Shown: in pieces, positions 54,780-64,000 of the stretch
How the letters are laid out: every line of letters starts with the position of its first letter
Position numbering within the stretch: position 1 is the first letter of the stretch
Assembly: GCA_963733035.1 (NCBI GenBank)
Contig: CAVTBU010000008.1
Location: forward strand, 352,001 to 416,000
Origin: Pirellulales bacterium
GTDB lineage: Bacteria > Planctomycetota > Planctomycetia > Pirellulales > PALSA-1355
Reading direction: 5' to 3'
DNA length: 64,000 bases
Notes under the pieces: model-generated
What the model was told of the DNA's origin: nothing
What the model saw: the letters and a program-made list of their open reading frames with translations, nothing else
Databases searched by the model: none
Translations under genes and position numbers: made by a program

Positions 54780-55652
54780 ATGTCACAAACCAACCACCCT
54801 TCGCCTTGGATCGTCTCGGCCGATGATCAATCGTTCCAGCAGGTAGCCGTCGAGCGCTCGCGGCAAGTTCCGATCGTGATCGACTTCTGGGCCGAGTGGT
54901 GCCAGCCGTGTCGCTTGCTGGGGCCGATCCTCGAAAAACTCGCCGAGGAGTTTGCAGGCAAGTTCGTGTTGGTAAAGGTGGAAACGGAAAAAGCGCCGAA
55001 TATCGCAGCCGCGTTTGGCGTGCAATCGATTCCTGCCGTTTACGGCGTGCGCAACGGACAATTGCTTGACTTCTTTGTCGGCCTGCTACCCGAGGGGCAA
55101 ATACGTTCGTGGATCGAGCGGTTGCTGCCCAGCCCAGCGGAGCAACTCGTGGCCGAGGCCAAGACGCTGGAACAGTCAGATGCCGTAGCGGCCGAAACGA
55201 AGTACAAAGAAGCGGCAGCGGCCGATCCAAATTTGTCGCCAGCGAAAATCGGCTTGGCGGAACTGTTTGCCGCACAAGGTCGCATCGACGAAAGCAGCAA
55301 GATCATTAACGAACTCGAAGAACGAGGCTTCCTGGAACCGGAGGCCGAGAAACTCAAAGCCCGACTCCATCTGGCCGCCCAAGCGGACAAAGCAAGCAAC
55401 CTGGACCAACTGCAAGCGGCCGCGATCGCCAATCCCCATAACCTACAAGCCAAACTGGAGCTGGCCGAAGGTCTGGCCTCGGCGAAGCAATATCAATTGG
55501 CGCTCGAGACGGCGCTTTCCGTCGTACAGGCAGGCAAAAAAGAATTCGTCGAACCGGCACGCGAGCTGATGGTCGATCTATTCCGACTCCTGGAAGATCA
55601 GCCCGACCTGGTCACCGAATACCGCCGCAAGCTCTCTACGGCGCTTTATTGA
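54780..55652 (+). CDS. ybbN: Thioredoxin-TPR co-chaperone (YbbN/CnoX family)
   Basis: DFWAEWCQPC, FGVQSIPAV, helical C-terminus ending YRRKLSTALY. Confidence 0.85.
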   Translation: MSQTNHPSPWIVSADDQSFQQVAVERSRQVPIVIDFWAEWCQPCRLLGPILEKLAEEFAGKFVLVKVETEKAPNIAAAFGVQSIPAVYGVRNGQLLDFFVGLLPEGQIRSWIERLLPSPAEQLVAEAKTLEQSDAVAAETKYKEAAAADPNLSPAKIGLAELFAAQGRIDESSKIINELEERGFLEPEAEKLKARLHLAAQADKASNLDQLQAAAIANPHNLQAKLELAEGLASAKQYQLALETALSVVQAGKKEFVEPARELMVDLFRLLEDQPDLVTEYRRKLSTALY

Positions 55653-55677
55653 GTGCGATGCGGGCGGCTCGCCTGTC

Positions 55678-56241
55678 CTAGTCACCATGCTTTTCGCGCA
55701 GCCGAGCGCTGGTACGCAGAATCAATTGCGCACGCTCGAAAATGTCAAGCCAATCTTGGATAACCGCCTCCGTAAGCGCCTGCGGCGGTGCTCCCAAGCC
55801 GGACGGGCAAGTTGGCCCAAGTTGGTCGGTGGCAATTTGCCGGTACTTGGAAAGCGTGCGATCACCAAACCGGGCAACTTCAAAGTCGTCTTCGCTCAAA
55901 AACACGACCGCCGGTACGCGGGCACCCCCGCAAATCCTCAGCTCCGCGGCCAACTGGGGATGAGCATCGCGGTCGAAGTAGCGAACGGAAATCCGGGAAC
56001 TCGCTCGCTCAAAGTGATCAAACATTGGGCACTGATTGACGCAATCGCCGCACCAGGCTCCGGCCAGACACATCACTTTCATTTCGCGCTCGAAGCCTTC
56101 GAGCATGGCGATCTGTTTGTGTGTGAGCTGCACGCGGCCATGGAAATCCGCCCAGCGGCGGCGATGCTCGTCGGTGCCGTGTTTCGTCAGAAAGTCGTCA
56201 TAGGACAACCCTTCGGCGAACTTGGCAGCGAATTCGTACAT
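55678..56241 (-). CDS. Thioredoxin family protein
   Basis: GAWCGDC, DRD, GGARVP. Confidence 0.85.
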   Translation of the reverse strand: MYEFAAKFAEGLSYDDFLTKHGTDEHRRRWADFHGRVQLTHKQIAMLEGFEREMKVMCLAGAWCGDCVNQCPMFDHFERASSRISVRYFDRDAHPQLAAELRICGGARVPAVVFLSEDDFEVARFGDRTLSKYRQIATDQLGPTCPSGLGAPPQALTEAVIQDWLDIFERAQLILRTSARLREKHGD

Positions 56242-56295
56242 GGAGTATCCTCTGCAACGATGTGACGAGTCTTAGGCGGCGCGACGGATTGCGCG

Positions 56296-56892
56296 CTAGG
56301 TCACGCGACGGGGCGTGTAGAAACGGCGAACGTCGACATGGGCCATGCCCGCCCGACGTGCCGCCTCCAGGCCCGGATCGGTATCTTCATACACCAAACA
56401 GAAGCGGGGTTCCACGCCCAATCGCCGCGCGGCCTCGAGAAACACGTCCGGATTTGGCTTGTGATGGTCGACTTCGTCGGCACTGACCACGGCATCGAAC
56501 CAGTCACGGATGGTCAAATGGTCGAGAATCTGCTCACAAATCTCACTTGTCGCCCCCGTGGCGACCGCCAGCGGCAAGCGACCGCGATGTTCTTGCGCCA
56601 CTTTGGTTACGGGTTCGACTGGCCTCACAAGATGCAGCGTTTCAGCGAACAAGGCTTCCTTTTCGATGCTTAGCTTCATGGCATCGATGTCGCGTCCTGC
56701 CTCGCCAATCAGCAAATCGGCCACTTTCTTGGTCGGCCAACCCCCCAAGGCATAAAAACGGTCTTCGCTCATTTCCAGGCCGTAACGTTCGAGAATAATG
56801 TGCCAAGCCTCGTAGTGCGATGGCATCGTATCCGCTAGTGTTCCGTCAAGGTCGAAAATGATGCCACGCACGTGATCCATATCGGGTTTCAA
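56296..56892 (-). CDS. HAD-family phosphatase (YqaB/beta-PGM-like)
   Basis: IFDLDGTLADTM, HKPNPDVFL, YEDTDPG. Confidence 0.9.
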   Translation of the reverse strand: MKPDMDHVRGIIFDLDGTLADTMPSHYEAWHIILERYGLEMSEDRFYALGGWPTKKVADLLIGEAGRDIDAMKLSIEKEALFAETLHLVRPVEPVTKVAQEHRGRLPLAVATGATSEICEQILDHLTIRDWFDAVVSADEVDHHKPNPDVFLEAARRLGVEPRFCLVYEDTDPGLEAARRAGMAHVDVRRFYTPRRVT

Positions 56893-56904
56893 CTCAAGTT
56901 CTCC

Positions 56905-57561
56905 TCAACTCCGCCCGTTCCACTCGTTGTCGAACTGTTCGAGAAAGCGCTGCATGAATTCATGTCGTTCGTCTGCAATTATTCGACCTGCATCTGTGTT
57001 CATTCTCTCTTTGAGCAGCAAGAGTTTCTCGTAGAAGTGATTGATCGTCGTCGTCCGCTTACTCTTGTAGTCAGCAAACGTTGCATGCTCCTCGTGCGGT
57101 AGTTCGGGATCGTGTATCGGCTGCCCCGCATGACCACCATAAGCAAAGGTCCTCGCAATACCCACGGCGCCAATTGCATCCAGCCGATCGGCGTCCTGCA
57201 CGACGCGACCTTCTATCGTACGCATGGGCGTGGCCACTCTTGCGCCCTTGAACGACAACGTCGCAATGATCTCGCACACGTGTTCGACGGTTGGTCGATC
57301 AACCCCAAGAGCTTCGAGCCATTCGGCGGCGGCGCGCGGACCTGCCGAATCATCGCCGCCATGAAATTTCCAGTCGGCAATGTCGTGAAGCAAGGCGGCC
57401 AACTCGACCACAAACAAGTCAGCCCCCTCACGAGTGCCGATGGCCAGAGCAGTAGCGCGTACTCGAACGATGTGCCACCAGTCGTGCCCCGAACTGTCAT
57501 TGGCCAGACGTTGCCGGACATGTTCGGCAGTTCGCTCACGAATCGATTCTCGGGAAAGCAT
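56905..57561 (-). CDS. HD-domain phosphohydrolase (YedJ-like)
   Basis: GHDWWHIVRV, ALLHD, QDADRLDAIGA, HFYEKLL. Confidence 0.9.
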   Translation of the reverse strand: MLSRESIRERTAEHVRQRLANDSSGHDWWHIVRVRATALAIGTREGADLFVVELAALLHDIADWKFHGGDDSAGPRAAAEWLEALGVDRPTVEHVCEIIATLSFKGARVATPMRTIEGRVVQDADRLDAIGAVGIARTFAYGGHAGQPIHDPELPHEEHATFADYKSKRTTTINHFYEKLLLLKERMNTDAGRIIADERHEFMQRFLEQFDNEWNGRS

Positions 57562-57617
57562 ATGTCCTCCTTAGAGGCACATTCTACGCCGCGAACAAGA
57601 AAGAGAAACGGCTAAAG

Positions 57618-58863
57618 CTAGGGCCGCGAGGACGGGGCGTTTGCGGCGGGAAACCGCAATGGAGTTGCTTGGATGCCTTCCCGAGCAAGCAGTTCATAGA
57701 GTTCCTGCAAATGGTGGCGGTCAGACGTTTCGACCGTGCACAGCACGTTAACGGCACCAATGTCGGGTCCGGCAAATGCGCGATCGTGGGTGATTTCCTG
57801 AATGCTCGCGCCGCTCTGTGCAATCAGTTGCGTGAGCCGCGCCAGCCCGCCCGGCCGATCCGCCACCACCGCGGTGAAACGACACAAGCGTCCGTCGGCC
57901 ACCAGGGCTTTTTCAATCACCCGTGTTAGAATCATCGGATCGACATTGCCACCGGAAAGGACCACGACCGTACGTCGGTCGCGGGTTTGTGGAAGCTTGC
58001 CGGCCATCAACGCCGCCAACGGAGCTGCCCCAGCCCCCTCTACGACGCTTTTTTCCAGCTCAACCAATCGCAGCATCGCCAGTGAAAGCTCTTCTTCGCT
58101 GACGGTAACGACGTCGTCGATTCGACTGCGAGCGATCTCGAAAGCCAAATCGCCGATTCGGCTCACCGCCAAACCGTCCGCAACGGTCGGCCGCACATCA
58201 ATCTTTGTCACACGTCCGGCCGCCAGCGAAACAGCGAAGCCGTTTGCACGCTCCGGCTCTACCCCGTAAATCTTCACGTGAGGCGCAACTTTTTACGGCC
58301 AGGGCTACCCCCGCCACGAGTCCGGCACCACCGATCGGCACCACGATCGCTTCAACGTCTGGCACCTGGTCAAGGATCTCCAGTCCCATCGTTCCTTGAC
58401 CCGCGATGATTGCAGGGTCATTGAAACCGTGAATGTAGGTCAGACCCGATTCGATGGCTAGCGCTTGGGCGTGATCAAATGCTTCGTGAAACGACTCGCC
58501 ATGCAACACGACTTGTGCCCCAAGTTTGCGGCACGTCGTCCGCTTGATCAGGGGAGCGAATTGCGGCATTACGACCGTGACGGGGATCGCCAACAGCTTG
58601 CCGTGATACGCCAGACCAAGCGCATGGTTACCGGCGGAGGCCGAGATCACACCGCGACGCCGTTGATCGTCGGACAGCATCAACATCGCGTTCCGCGCCC
58701 CGCGTTCCTTGAAGCTGCCAGTCCGCTGCAGGTAGTCCAGCTTGCAATAGGCGCGGCAACCGGCGATTTCGCTAAGCGGAATCGATTCCGGGCAGGGGGA
58801 CAGATAAATCCCCGAAGCAATTCGCGACTTGGCAGCGATCACGTCGTCGAGCGATAAACTCAT
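57618..58863 (-). CDS. ilvA: Threonine ammonia-lyase with C-terminal ACT domain; frameshift ~58285
   Basis: LQRTGSFKERGA, SAGNHA, GQGTMGLE, PIGGAGL; second ORF has ADGLAV, VEGAGA, LSGGNVD, DRPGGL. Confidence 0.85.
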
Positions 58864-58990
58864 TCGATTCTCTGGCAAACGGCGATATTGCCGCCGCGAT
58901 GACGGGCACCGTTGAACACTCAGGCAAACCCTATTGAGAGACCGACACGCCGTCGTAACGCGGGTTCGTGTCTCGAAGGCCGGCCGCAAA

Positions 58991-59728
58991 CTAGTCCGAC
59001 GGAAATGGCACGGACTCGCCGTTCAACTCGGCCAGCGCATTACGGGCCGCTCGTTGCTCGGCTTCCTTCTTGTTGCGGCCCCAGGCACCATGGTATTGGG
59101 TACCGCCAATCTGTGCGGAGATCTTAAAGCACTTACTGTGGTCGGGGCCCTTCTCGTCAAGCAACTGGTAGGTGGGCGTCGACCCGTTCTCGCGTTGGGC
59201 CAATTGCTGCAAAAGCGACTTGTAATTGCCACCCAGTTCACCGGCGGCGGCCAGCTCAATTTCCGGGCCGATGTACCGCTGAATAAACTCCCGTACGGCG
59301 GTATCCCCGCCGTCAAGGTAAATCGCCGCAGCTAACGACTCAAAGACGTCGGCCAACAGCGAGGGCGGGACATTTGGGTGCGTCGCCATCCCCTTACCCA
59401 GGATGAGAAACTCCTGCAATCCCAGGGCCTCACTGATCTTGGCACAAGTCTGGCGGCTCACGACGACCGACTTAATCTTGGTCAAATCGCCTTCGAGGTA
59501 GTCGGGATACTGGACAAACAGCAACTCGCAAACGACAGCACCGAGTATCGCATCTCCCAGGAACTCGAGCCGTTCGTTGCTGGCAAGCCGATGTTGAGCC
59601 CCAGAGGCGTGGGTCAAGGCCGCACTCAGCAGGGCCTTGTCGCTAAAGACATAGCCAATCCGCCGCTCGCACCGCTCTAGCTCGGCCAATTGAGCATCGC
59701 TGAGGGTGGAATGGACCGACTGTGCCAT
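58991..59728 (-). CDS. rnc: Ribonuclease III
   Basis: NERLEFLGDAIL, ADVFES, dsRBD NYKSLLQ...GPDH...KKEAEQRAA. Confidence 0.97.
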   Translation of the reverse strand: MAQSVHSTLSDAQLAELERCERRIGYVFSDKALLSAALTHASGAQHRLASNERLEFLGDAILGAVVCELLFVQYPDYLEGDLTKIKSVVVSRQTCAKISEALGLQEFLILGKGMATHPNVPPSLLADVFESLAAAIYLDGGDTAVREFIQRYIGPEIELAAAGELGGNYKSLLQQLAQRENGSTPTYQLLDEKGPDHSKCFKISAQIGGTQYHGAWGRNKKEAEQRAARNALAELNGESVPFPSD

Positions 59729-59918
59729 CGCAAATCAACCTTTACGAGGGGGATCGGGAAGTGTTAAAGTCTTACTACGTAAACCTATCTGCGGTATCGG
59801 CTTTTGTCAATCCTGACCGGATCCGCCCGAGTCCCGAACGACTCCTATTCGCCCTATTCGACATCCGGATATTTCGTGGCAAAGTTGGCAACGAGTTTGC
59901 CGGCCCGCTGATTCCCAG

Positions 59919-59944
59919 TGAACCTGCCCGCGGTAACCTACGTA
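59919..59944 (+). promoter_or_regulatory. Candidate ECF-sigma promoter upstream of degP
   Basis: TGAACC-16 nt-CGTA fits the general ECF AAC/CGT pattern. Confidence 0.45.
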
Positions 59945-60024
59945 GGTGACAGGAGAGAACTTTGCGTTCTTTTTGAGCAGAATCAACACAGCAGATTGCT
60001 TCCTTACTTCTCAAGGAGGACTCC

Positions 60025-61554
60025 ATGTCCAAGAGTAAATTTCATGGCTACCGGCTAGCCGCGGCCCTGGCCCTGATTGCGGCCGTCGGCTTGGGCGTTG
60101 CAATTGAGCGCAGCGGCGCGACGGGCAATGAACGGCACGAGGTCGATCCGACAACTCTTCGTCACGCCGAACAGCTATCCGCGGCCTTCCACAATGCCGC
60201 GGAGATTGCACTGCCGAGCGTCGTGACCATCCGCAGCAAAACCAAGGCTCAGCCCGTGGCCAGCCACCGCGGACAAACGCCCCAGGGGCCCCAGGGTGAA
60301 AACCCGTTTAAGGGCACGCCCTTCGAAGACTTTTTCAACGACCGCGGCTTTCAGTTCCACGGCCAGATGCCAAACATGCCCCGACGCGAAGGCATGGGAT
60401 CGGGCGTGATTATTGATTCGTCCGGCATTGTGTTGACCAACAACCACGTAGTCGAAGGCGCTGACGAAGTTACGGTTCACCTGGCGGACGGACGCGAGTT
60501 TGATGCAGAAGATATCAAGACCGATCCGGCGACGGATATGGCCGTCATCCGCATCAGCGGCGCTGGTGTGTTGCCTGCCGCCAAATTGGGCGACTCGGAC
60601 AAACTACAGATCGGCGACTGGGTAATCGCGATCGGCAGTCCCTTCGAACTCGATCAGACGGTTAGCGCCGGCATCATCAGCGGGCGCGGACGCGAGCTGA
60701 GTTCGATTCGCCGGGCCAAGTTCCTGCAAACCGACGCGGCCATTAACCCGGGCAACTCCGGCGGTCCGCTCGTAAACCTGCAGGGCGAAGTAATCGGCAT
60801 CAACACTGCGATAGCCACCAACAGCGGCAGCTTCAATGGCATCGGCTTTGCCGTGCCGTCAAATCTGGCGAAGTGGGTCACTGGCCACCTGATTTCGAGC
60901 GGAACCGTGAAACGGGCCTACCTGGGCGTAGGCATCAGTGAACTTACCGGTGATCTCGCCGAAAAGCTTGGTGCAACGGGCGAAGGCGTTTTGGTAACGC
61001 AAGTTCATCCCGGTACGCCCGCAGCCGAGGCCGGGTTCAAGGCTGGCGACGTAGTTACGGCTTTTGCCGGACAGCCAGTTAAGGGGCCGCGCGAACTGCA
61101 AGAAATGGTCGAACGTGTACCACTCGACTCGAAGCAGCAGGTCGACGTCGTCCGCAATGGCAAGCTCACTACGCTTACCGTCACGGCGAAAGCCTTGCCG
61201 GCCGAAGCGATGGAATCGGCAGCGCCCTCCCATTCGCTAGGACGTCAGCAGGCCGAATCTGGCAGCCACGTCGTCGACGAGATGGGGCTTGAGGTTTCAG
61301 ACTTGACCGCCGAGCAAGCCTCAACCATGAATCTCGATCACGGGGGCGTAATGATTACGAACGTCGATCCCAATAAACCGGCGTTCGAAGCCGGCTTGCG
61401 GCGCGGGATGGTCGTCCTGATGGTCGGCCAGGAGGAAGTCAAGGACGTCGCTTCGTTCAGGGAAGCCATGCAGGACCAGTCGATCAAAGATAAGGTTCTG
61501 CTCTACGTCCAGGTCCGGCCGGGCCAGAATGCCTTCGTGGTCGTCAAGGAATGA
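60025..61554 (+). CDS. degP: DegP/HtrA (Do-family) serine endoprotease with two PDZ domains
   Basis: GSGVII, TNNHVV, TDMAV, QTDAAINPGNSGGPL; two PDZ domains; AAGGAGG RBS. Confidence 0.92.
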   Translation: MSKSKFHGYRLAAALALIAAVGLGVAIERSGATGNERHEVDPTTLRHAEQLSAAFHNAAEIALPSVVTIRSKTKAQPVASHRGQTPQGPQGENPFKGTPFEDFFNDRGFQFHGQMPNMPRREGMGSGVIIDSSGIVLTNNHVVEGADEVTVHLADGREFDAEDIKTDPATDMAVIRISGAGVLPAAKLGDSDKLQIGDWVIAIGSPFELDQTVSAGIISGRGRELSSIRRAKFLQTDAAINPGNSGGPLVNLQGEVIGINTAIATNSGSFNGIGFAVPSNLAKWVTGHLISSGTVKRAYLGVGISELTGDLAEKLGATGEGVLVTQVHPGTPAAEAGFKAGDVVTAFAGQPVKGPRELQEMVERVPLDSKQQVDVVRNGKLTTLTVTAKALPAEAMESAAPSHSLGRQQAESGSHVVDEMGLEVSDLTAEQASTMNLDHGGVMITNVDPNKPAFEAGLRRGMVVLMVGQEEVKDVASFREAMQDQSIKDKVLLYVQVRPGQNAFVVVKE

Positions 61555-61592
61555 CAAAGCTTCGTCATTGAGAGAAACAGTCTCCTTCGAAG

Positions 61593-61626
61593 AGGGCGTC
61601 CCAGCTTGGGACGCCCTTTTTCTTTA
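61593..61626 (+). terminator. Rho-independent terminator after degP
   Basis: AGGGCGTCCCA-GCT-TGGGACGCCCT perfect 11-bp stem followed by TTTTCTTT. Confidence 0.85.
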
Positions 61627-61756
61627 TCGGGCCAGGATCGAGCCAATCTACGAGTTTGGGCAATTTTCCCCATCGCTGGCCACCTTGACAGGGTCTCGCA
61701 AGCCCCCAAGAATTCCGATAGGCATGCAAGATTCTTCTCTGACCTGAGAGTTCGCT

Positions 61757-63106
61757 ATGGCGACCCTATCACGCATCGCCATTGGCACGGTTCAGCGCGA
61801 GGCTGACGCGACGGCCATCAACTGGGCCTTGATGGAGCTTCTCAGCCGTCGCAATCTGCGGGTCCAAAGCTTCCTTTCACATGCCTACTTTTGTCCGCGC
61901 GATGGGGCAACCGCCATCACCGGTTTCCCAGCTCGACATCTCGACAGCTGGTTGATGTCACGCTCGGTATGCCAGGAGGTGTTCTTCCGGGGATGTGCCG
62001 GTTGCGACTTGGCCGTCGTCGAGGGTCAATTCCGTACAGAAATGGCGAGTTGTTCGGTTCGATCGTCCCACTTTGAGGCGCTTTGCGAGTGGCTCGACTT
62101 GCCACGGTTAGCCGTTGTTGACGCGCGATTGCTATCGCCCTGCCGAGTTCCGCAGCAACCCGACGGTCTCGATGGTGTCTTGTTCGATCGTGTGAGCGAC
62201 GCGGGAGAGCTGAGTCGACTTCAGACGCAATTCGAGGCGATTTGGAAAGTTCCCGTCCTGGGTTCGCTGGGCGAATTGAAAAACCTCCGCGGCGAGATAG
62301 CGCAAATCGAATGTGGACTGCAACCCAGCTTGACGCTGTGCCGATCACTAGGAGATGCACTGGAACAGAATTCTCGCATTGACGAGATGCTGGAACTGGC
62401 TGGTTCACGTCCCTGGGCGGCATTTGGCATGGGCTCTGAAGAAGCTCGTCCCCGCAAACCATGCTATTTGCGCGTGGCAGTGGCCTACGACGACGCGTTT
62501 CGTGGATACTTCCCTGATACGCTCGATCTGCTGGAGCGCCGAGGCGCGACGATTCTCGACTTCTCACCACTCCACGATGAACGGCTGCCATCACGCACCG
62601 ACATCGTCTATATCGGCTGCGGCCACCCAGAACGCTTCGCGCACGAACTATCGCAGAACGACTGCATGGTGTTGTCTTTGAAAAGCCATGTGTCGAGCGG
62701 TGGTCGCATTTATGCCGAGTGTGGCGGCTTGGCGTATCTATGCCAAGAACTCGAGTTACCCAGCGGCGAACGCTGGCCGATGACTGGCGTACTGCCGGCA
62801 ACAGCACGGTTCGATCCGACTCCCGAGTTACCGGCTCCTACGGAGGTTTGGCTGGCCGATGACAACTGGCTTGGCGAGGCTGGCCAACGATGGCGCGGCT
62901 ACCTCAGCCCGAGGTGGAGTATTTCTCCCGCGGAACATTTGCAACTGTGTGGCTGCGAGGTCGGACATGAATCCGACGTCGTCAAATGTCATCATGCAGT
63001 CGGCAGCCGCATGTATCTGAATCTCGCCGCACATAGCGAAATGCTCGATCATTTCTTTGCTCCCAGGCAACCCGTTTCCGCCACGATCGCGACGCCAACC
63101 AGCTAG
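61757..63106 (+). CDS. CobB/CbiA-like (cobyrinate a,c-diamide synthase) protein, divergent
   Basis: RHLDSWLM, VVEG, VAVAYDDAFRGYF, FSPLHD, IYAECGGLAYL, PMTGVLP. Confidence 0.75.
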   Translation: MATLSRIAIGTVQREADATAINWALMELLSRRNLRVQSFLSHAYFCPRDGATAITGFPARHLDSWLMSRSVCQEVFFRGCAGCDLAVVEGQFRTEMASCSVRSSHFEALCEWLDLPRLAVVDARLLSPCRVPQQPDGLDGVLFDRVSDAGELSRLQTQFEAIWKVPVLGSLGELKNLRGEIAQIECGLQPSLTLCRSLGDALEQNSRIDEMLELAGSRPWAAFGMGSEEARPRKPCYLRVAVAYDDAFRGYFPDTLDLLERRGATILDFSPLHDERLPSRTDIVYIGCGHPERFAHELSQNDCMVLSLKSHVSSGGRIYAECGGLAYLCQELELPSGERWPMTGVLPATARFDPTPELPAPTEVWLADDNWLGEAGQRWRGYLSPRWSISPAEHLQLCGCEVGHESDVVKCHHAVGSRMYLNLAAHSEMLDHFFAPRQPVSATIATPTS

Positions 63107-63232
63107 CCAGTGTCACCGCGGCTGTCCGTGCGCCGCCAGTGGCAATGTAGCTATTCCGTTGCGCGGGGAAACGAATCTCCGTATTAGATCGCGATCGCTT
63201 CCGAACCGCGATGAATCGCGGGGCGTTTGGCT

Positions 63233-63261
63233 TTGACACGCTCCGGCAAGCGAACGATACT
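63233..63261 (+). promoter_or_regulatory. Sigma70-type promoter upstream of mgtE
   Basis: TTGACA-17 nt-GATACT. Confidence 0.55.
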
Positions 63262-63309
63262 CACGGGTTCGATTCTTCGCCAGCGCTCACTCCGTTTGTC
63301 ATTTTCCCC

Positions 63310-64000
63310 ATGGTCAATACGCTGTATCTTCCTGAACTGCGCGAGATGCTCGCAGAGCGAAACTCGGTCGAATTGCGAGAGTTCTGCACGGCATTGCATG
63401 CCGCGCGAACCGCGGAGTTCATGGAAGGATTGACTGCCGCTGAGGCCTGGGGAGTACTCACCAATGCCGACCGGGAAACGCGAGCGGAAATATTCGGCTA
63501 CTTCGACCGCGACAAACAAGTACAAATCATCGAGTCGGGCGATTTGGTCGAAATGGGCAACTTGATTGCCGACTTACCAAGTGACGATCGCGTCGACATT
63601 CTGAAACAGGTGCCACCTGAGATCGTCGAGCGGCTGCTGCCTCACGTGCCCTCAACCGAGCGACGGGATATTCTCCGCTTGCGCTCCTATCCCGAAGGCA
63701 CGGCCGGCGCCGTCATGACGTCGGCTTTCGCCAAGATCGCCGAAGGCCGAACGGTTCGCGACGCGCTCGAGGAGATCGGCCGGCAGGCGGAGGATCTCGA
63801 AACGATCTATTACGTCTATGTCCTTGACGACCACGACCACTTGCGAGGTTTGGTATCGGCCCGACAGCTCGTTTCGGCGATGGGCAAGCCATTGACCAAA
63901 ATCGACGACCTTATGGAACGCGATCTCGTCACGGTGCGAGTTGAGGATGATCAGGAAAAGGTTGCTCAAGAGGTGGCCCGTTTCGACTTGCATGCCATCC
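63310..64000 (+). CDS. mgtE: Magnesium transporter MgtE (partial, runs off window end)
   Basis: Hand-translated from ATG 63310: MVNTLYLPELREML...DLPSDDRVDIL...YPEGTAGAVMT...ETIYYVYVLD...DDQEKVAQEVARFDLHAI (MgtE N-domain plus CBS). Confidence 0.9.
   Translation, partial: MVNTLYLPELREMLAERNSVELREFCTALHAARTAEFMEGLTAAEAWGVLTNADRETRAEIFGYFDRDKQVQIIESGDLVEMGNLIADLPSDDRVDILKQVPPEIVERLLPHVPSTERRDILRLRSYPEGTAGAVMTSAFAKIAEGRTVRDALEEIGRQAEDLETIYYVYVLDDHDHLRGLVSARQLVSAMGKPLTKIDDLMERDLVTVRVEDDQEKVAQEVARFDLHAI

Noticed and set aside
63107..63309. Mg-sensing M-box riboswitch upstream of mgtE
   Set aside because: No M-box consensus recognised, and the candidate promoter leaves a leader of only ~40 nt.

Overview
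GC-rich bacterial DNA with a Planctomycetota (Pirellulales-like) gene repertoire: planctomycete-type ECF sigma factors coupled to Ser/Thr kinases, LExR-motif extracellular proteins, a DUF1559 prepilin-like gene, and TIGR03067-like, DUF1570-like and PEP-CTERM proteins. The taxonomy is inferred from gene families only. The first ~39 kb is largely accessory. It holds two ECF/kinase modules, an intact IS3-family element, csrA, an initiator tRNA followed by single-gene segments bounded by repeats, and mddA with a TetR regulator. The rest is mostly housekeeping (ispG, pgsA, rimO, miaE, rnc, degP-type protease, mgtE). At least 12 genes carry small frameshifts, including ispG, which points to consensus indel errors rather than mass pseudogenisation. 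Best candidates for new biology: (1) a CxxC/RAPP DUF2946-like leader ORF and a structured spacer upstream of a DUF1559 pseudopilin and a His-motif PEP-CTERM protein, i.e. a putative ribosome-stalling, metal-sensing surface system; (2) a tandem array of integrase-less one-gene segments separated by degenerate copies of the tRNA-fMet 3' flank; (3) an IS-interrupted small gene that rejoins in frame to a TFIIS-like zinc ribbon; (4) a 22/26-nt motif shared upstream of both ECF genes. All family calls come from motif recognition by eye; no searches were run.
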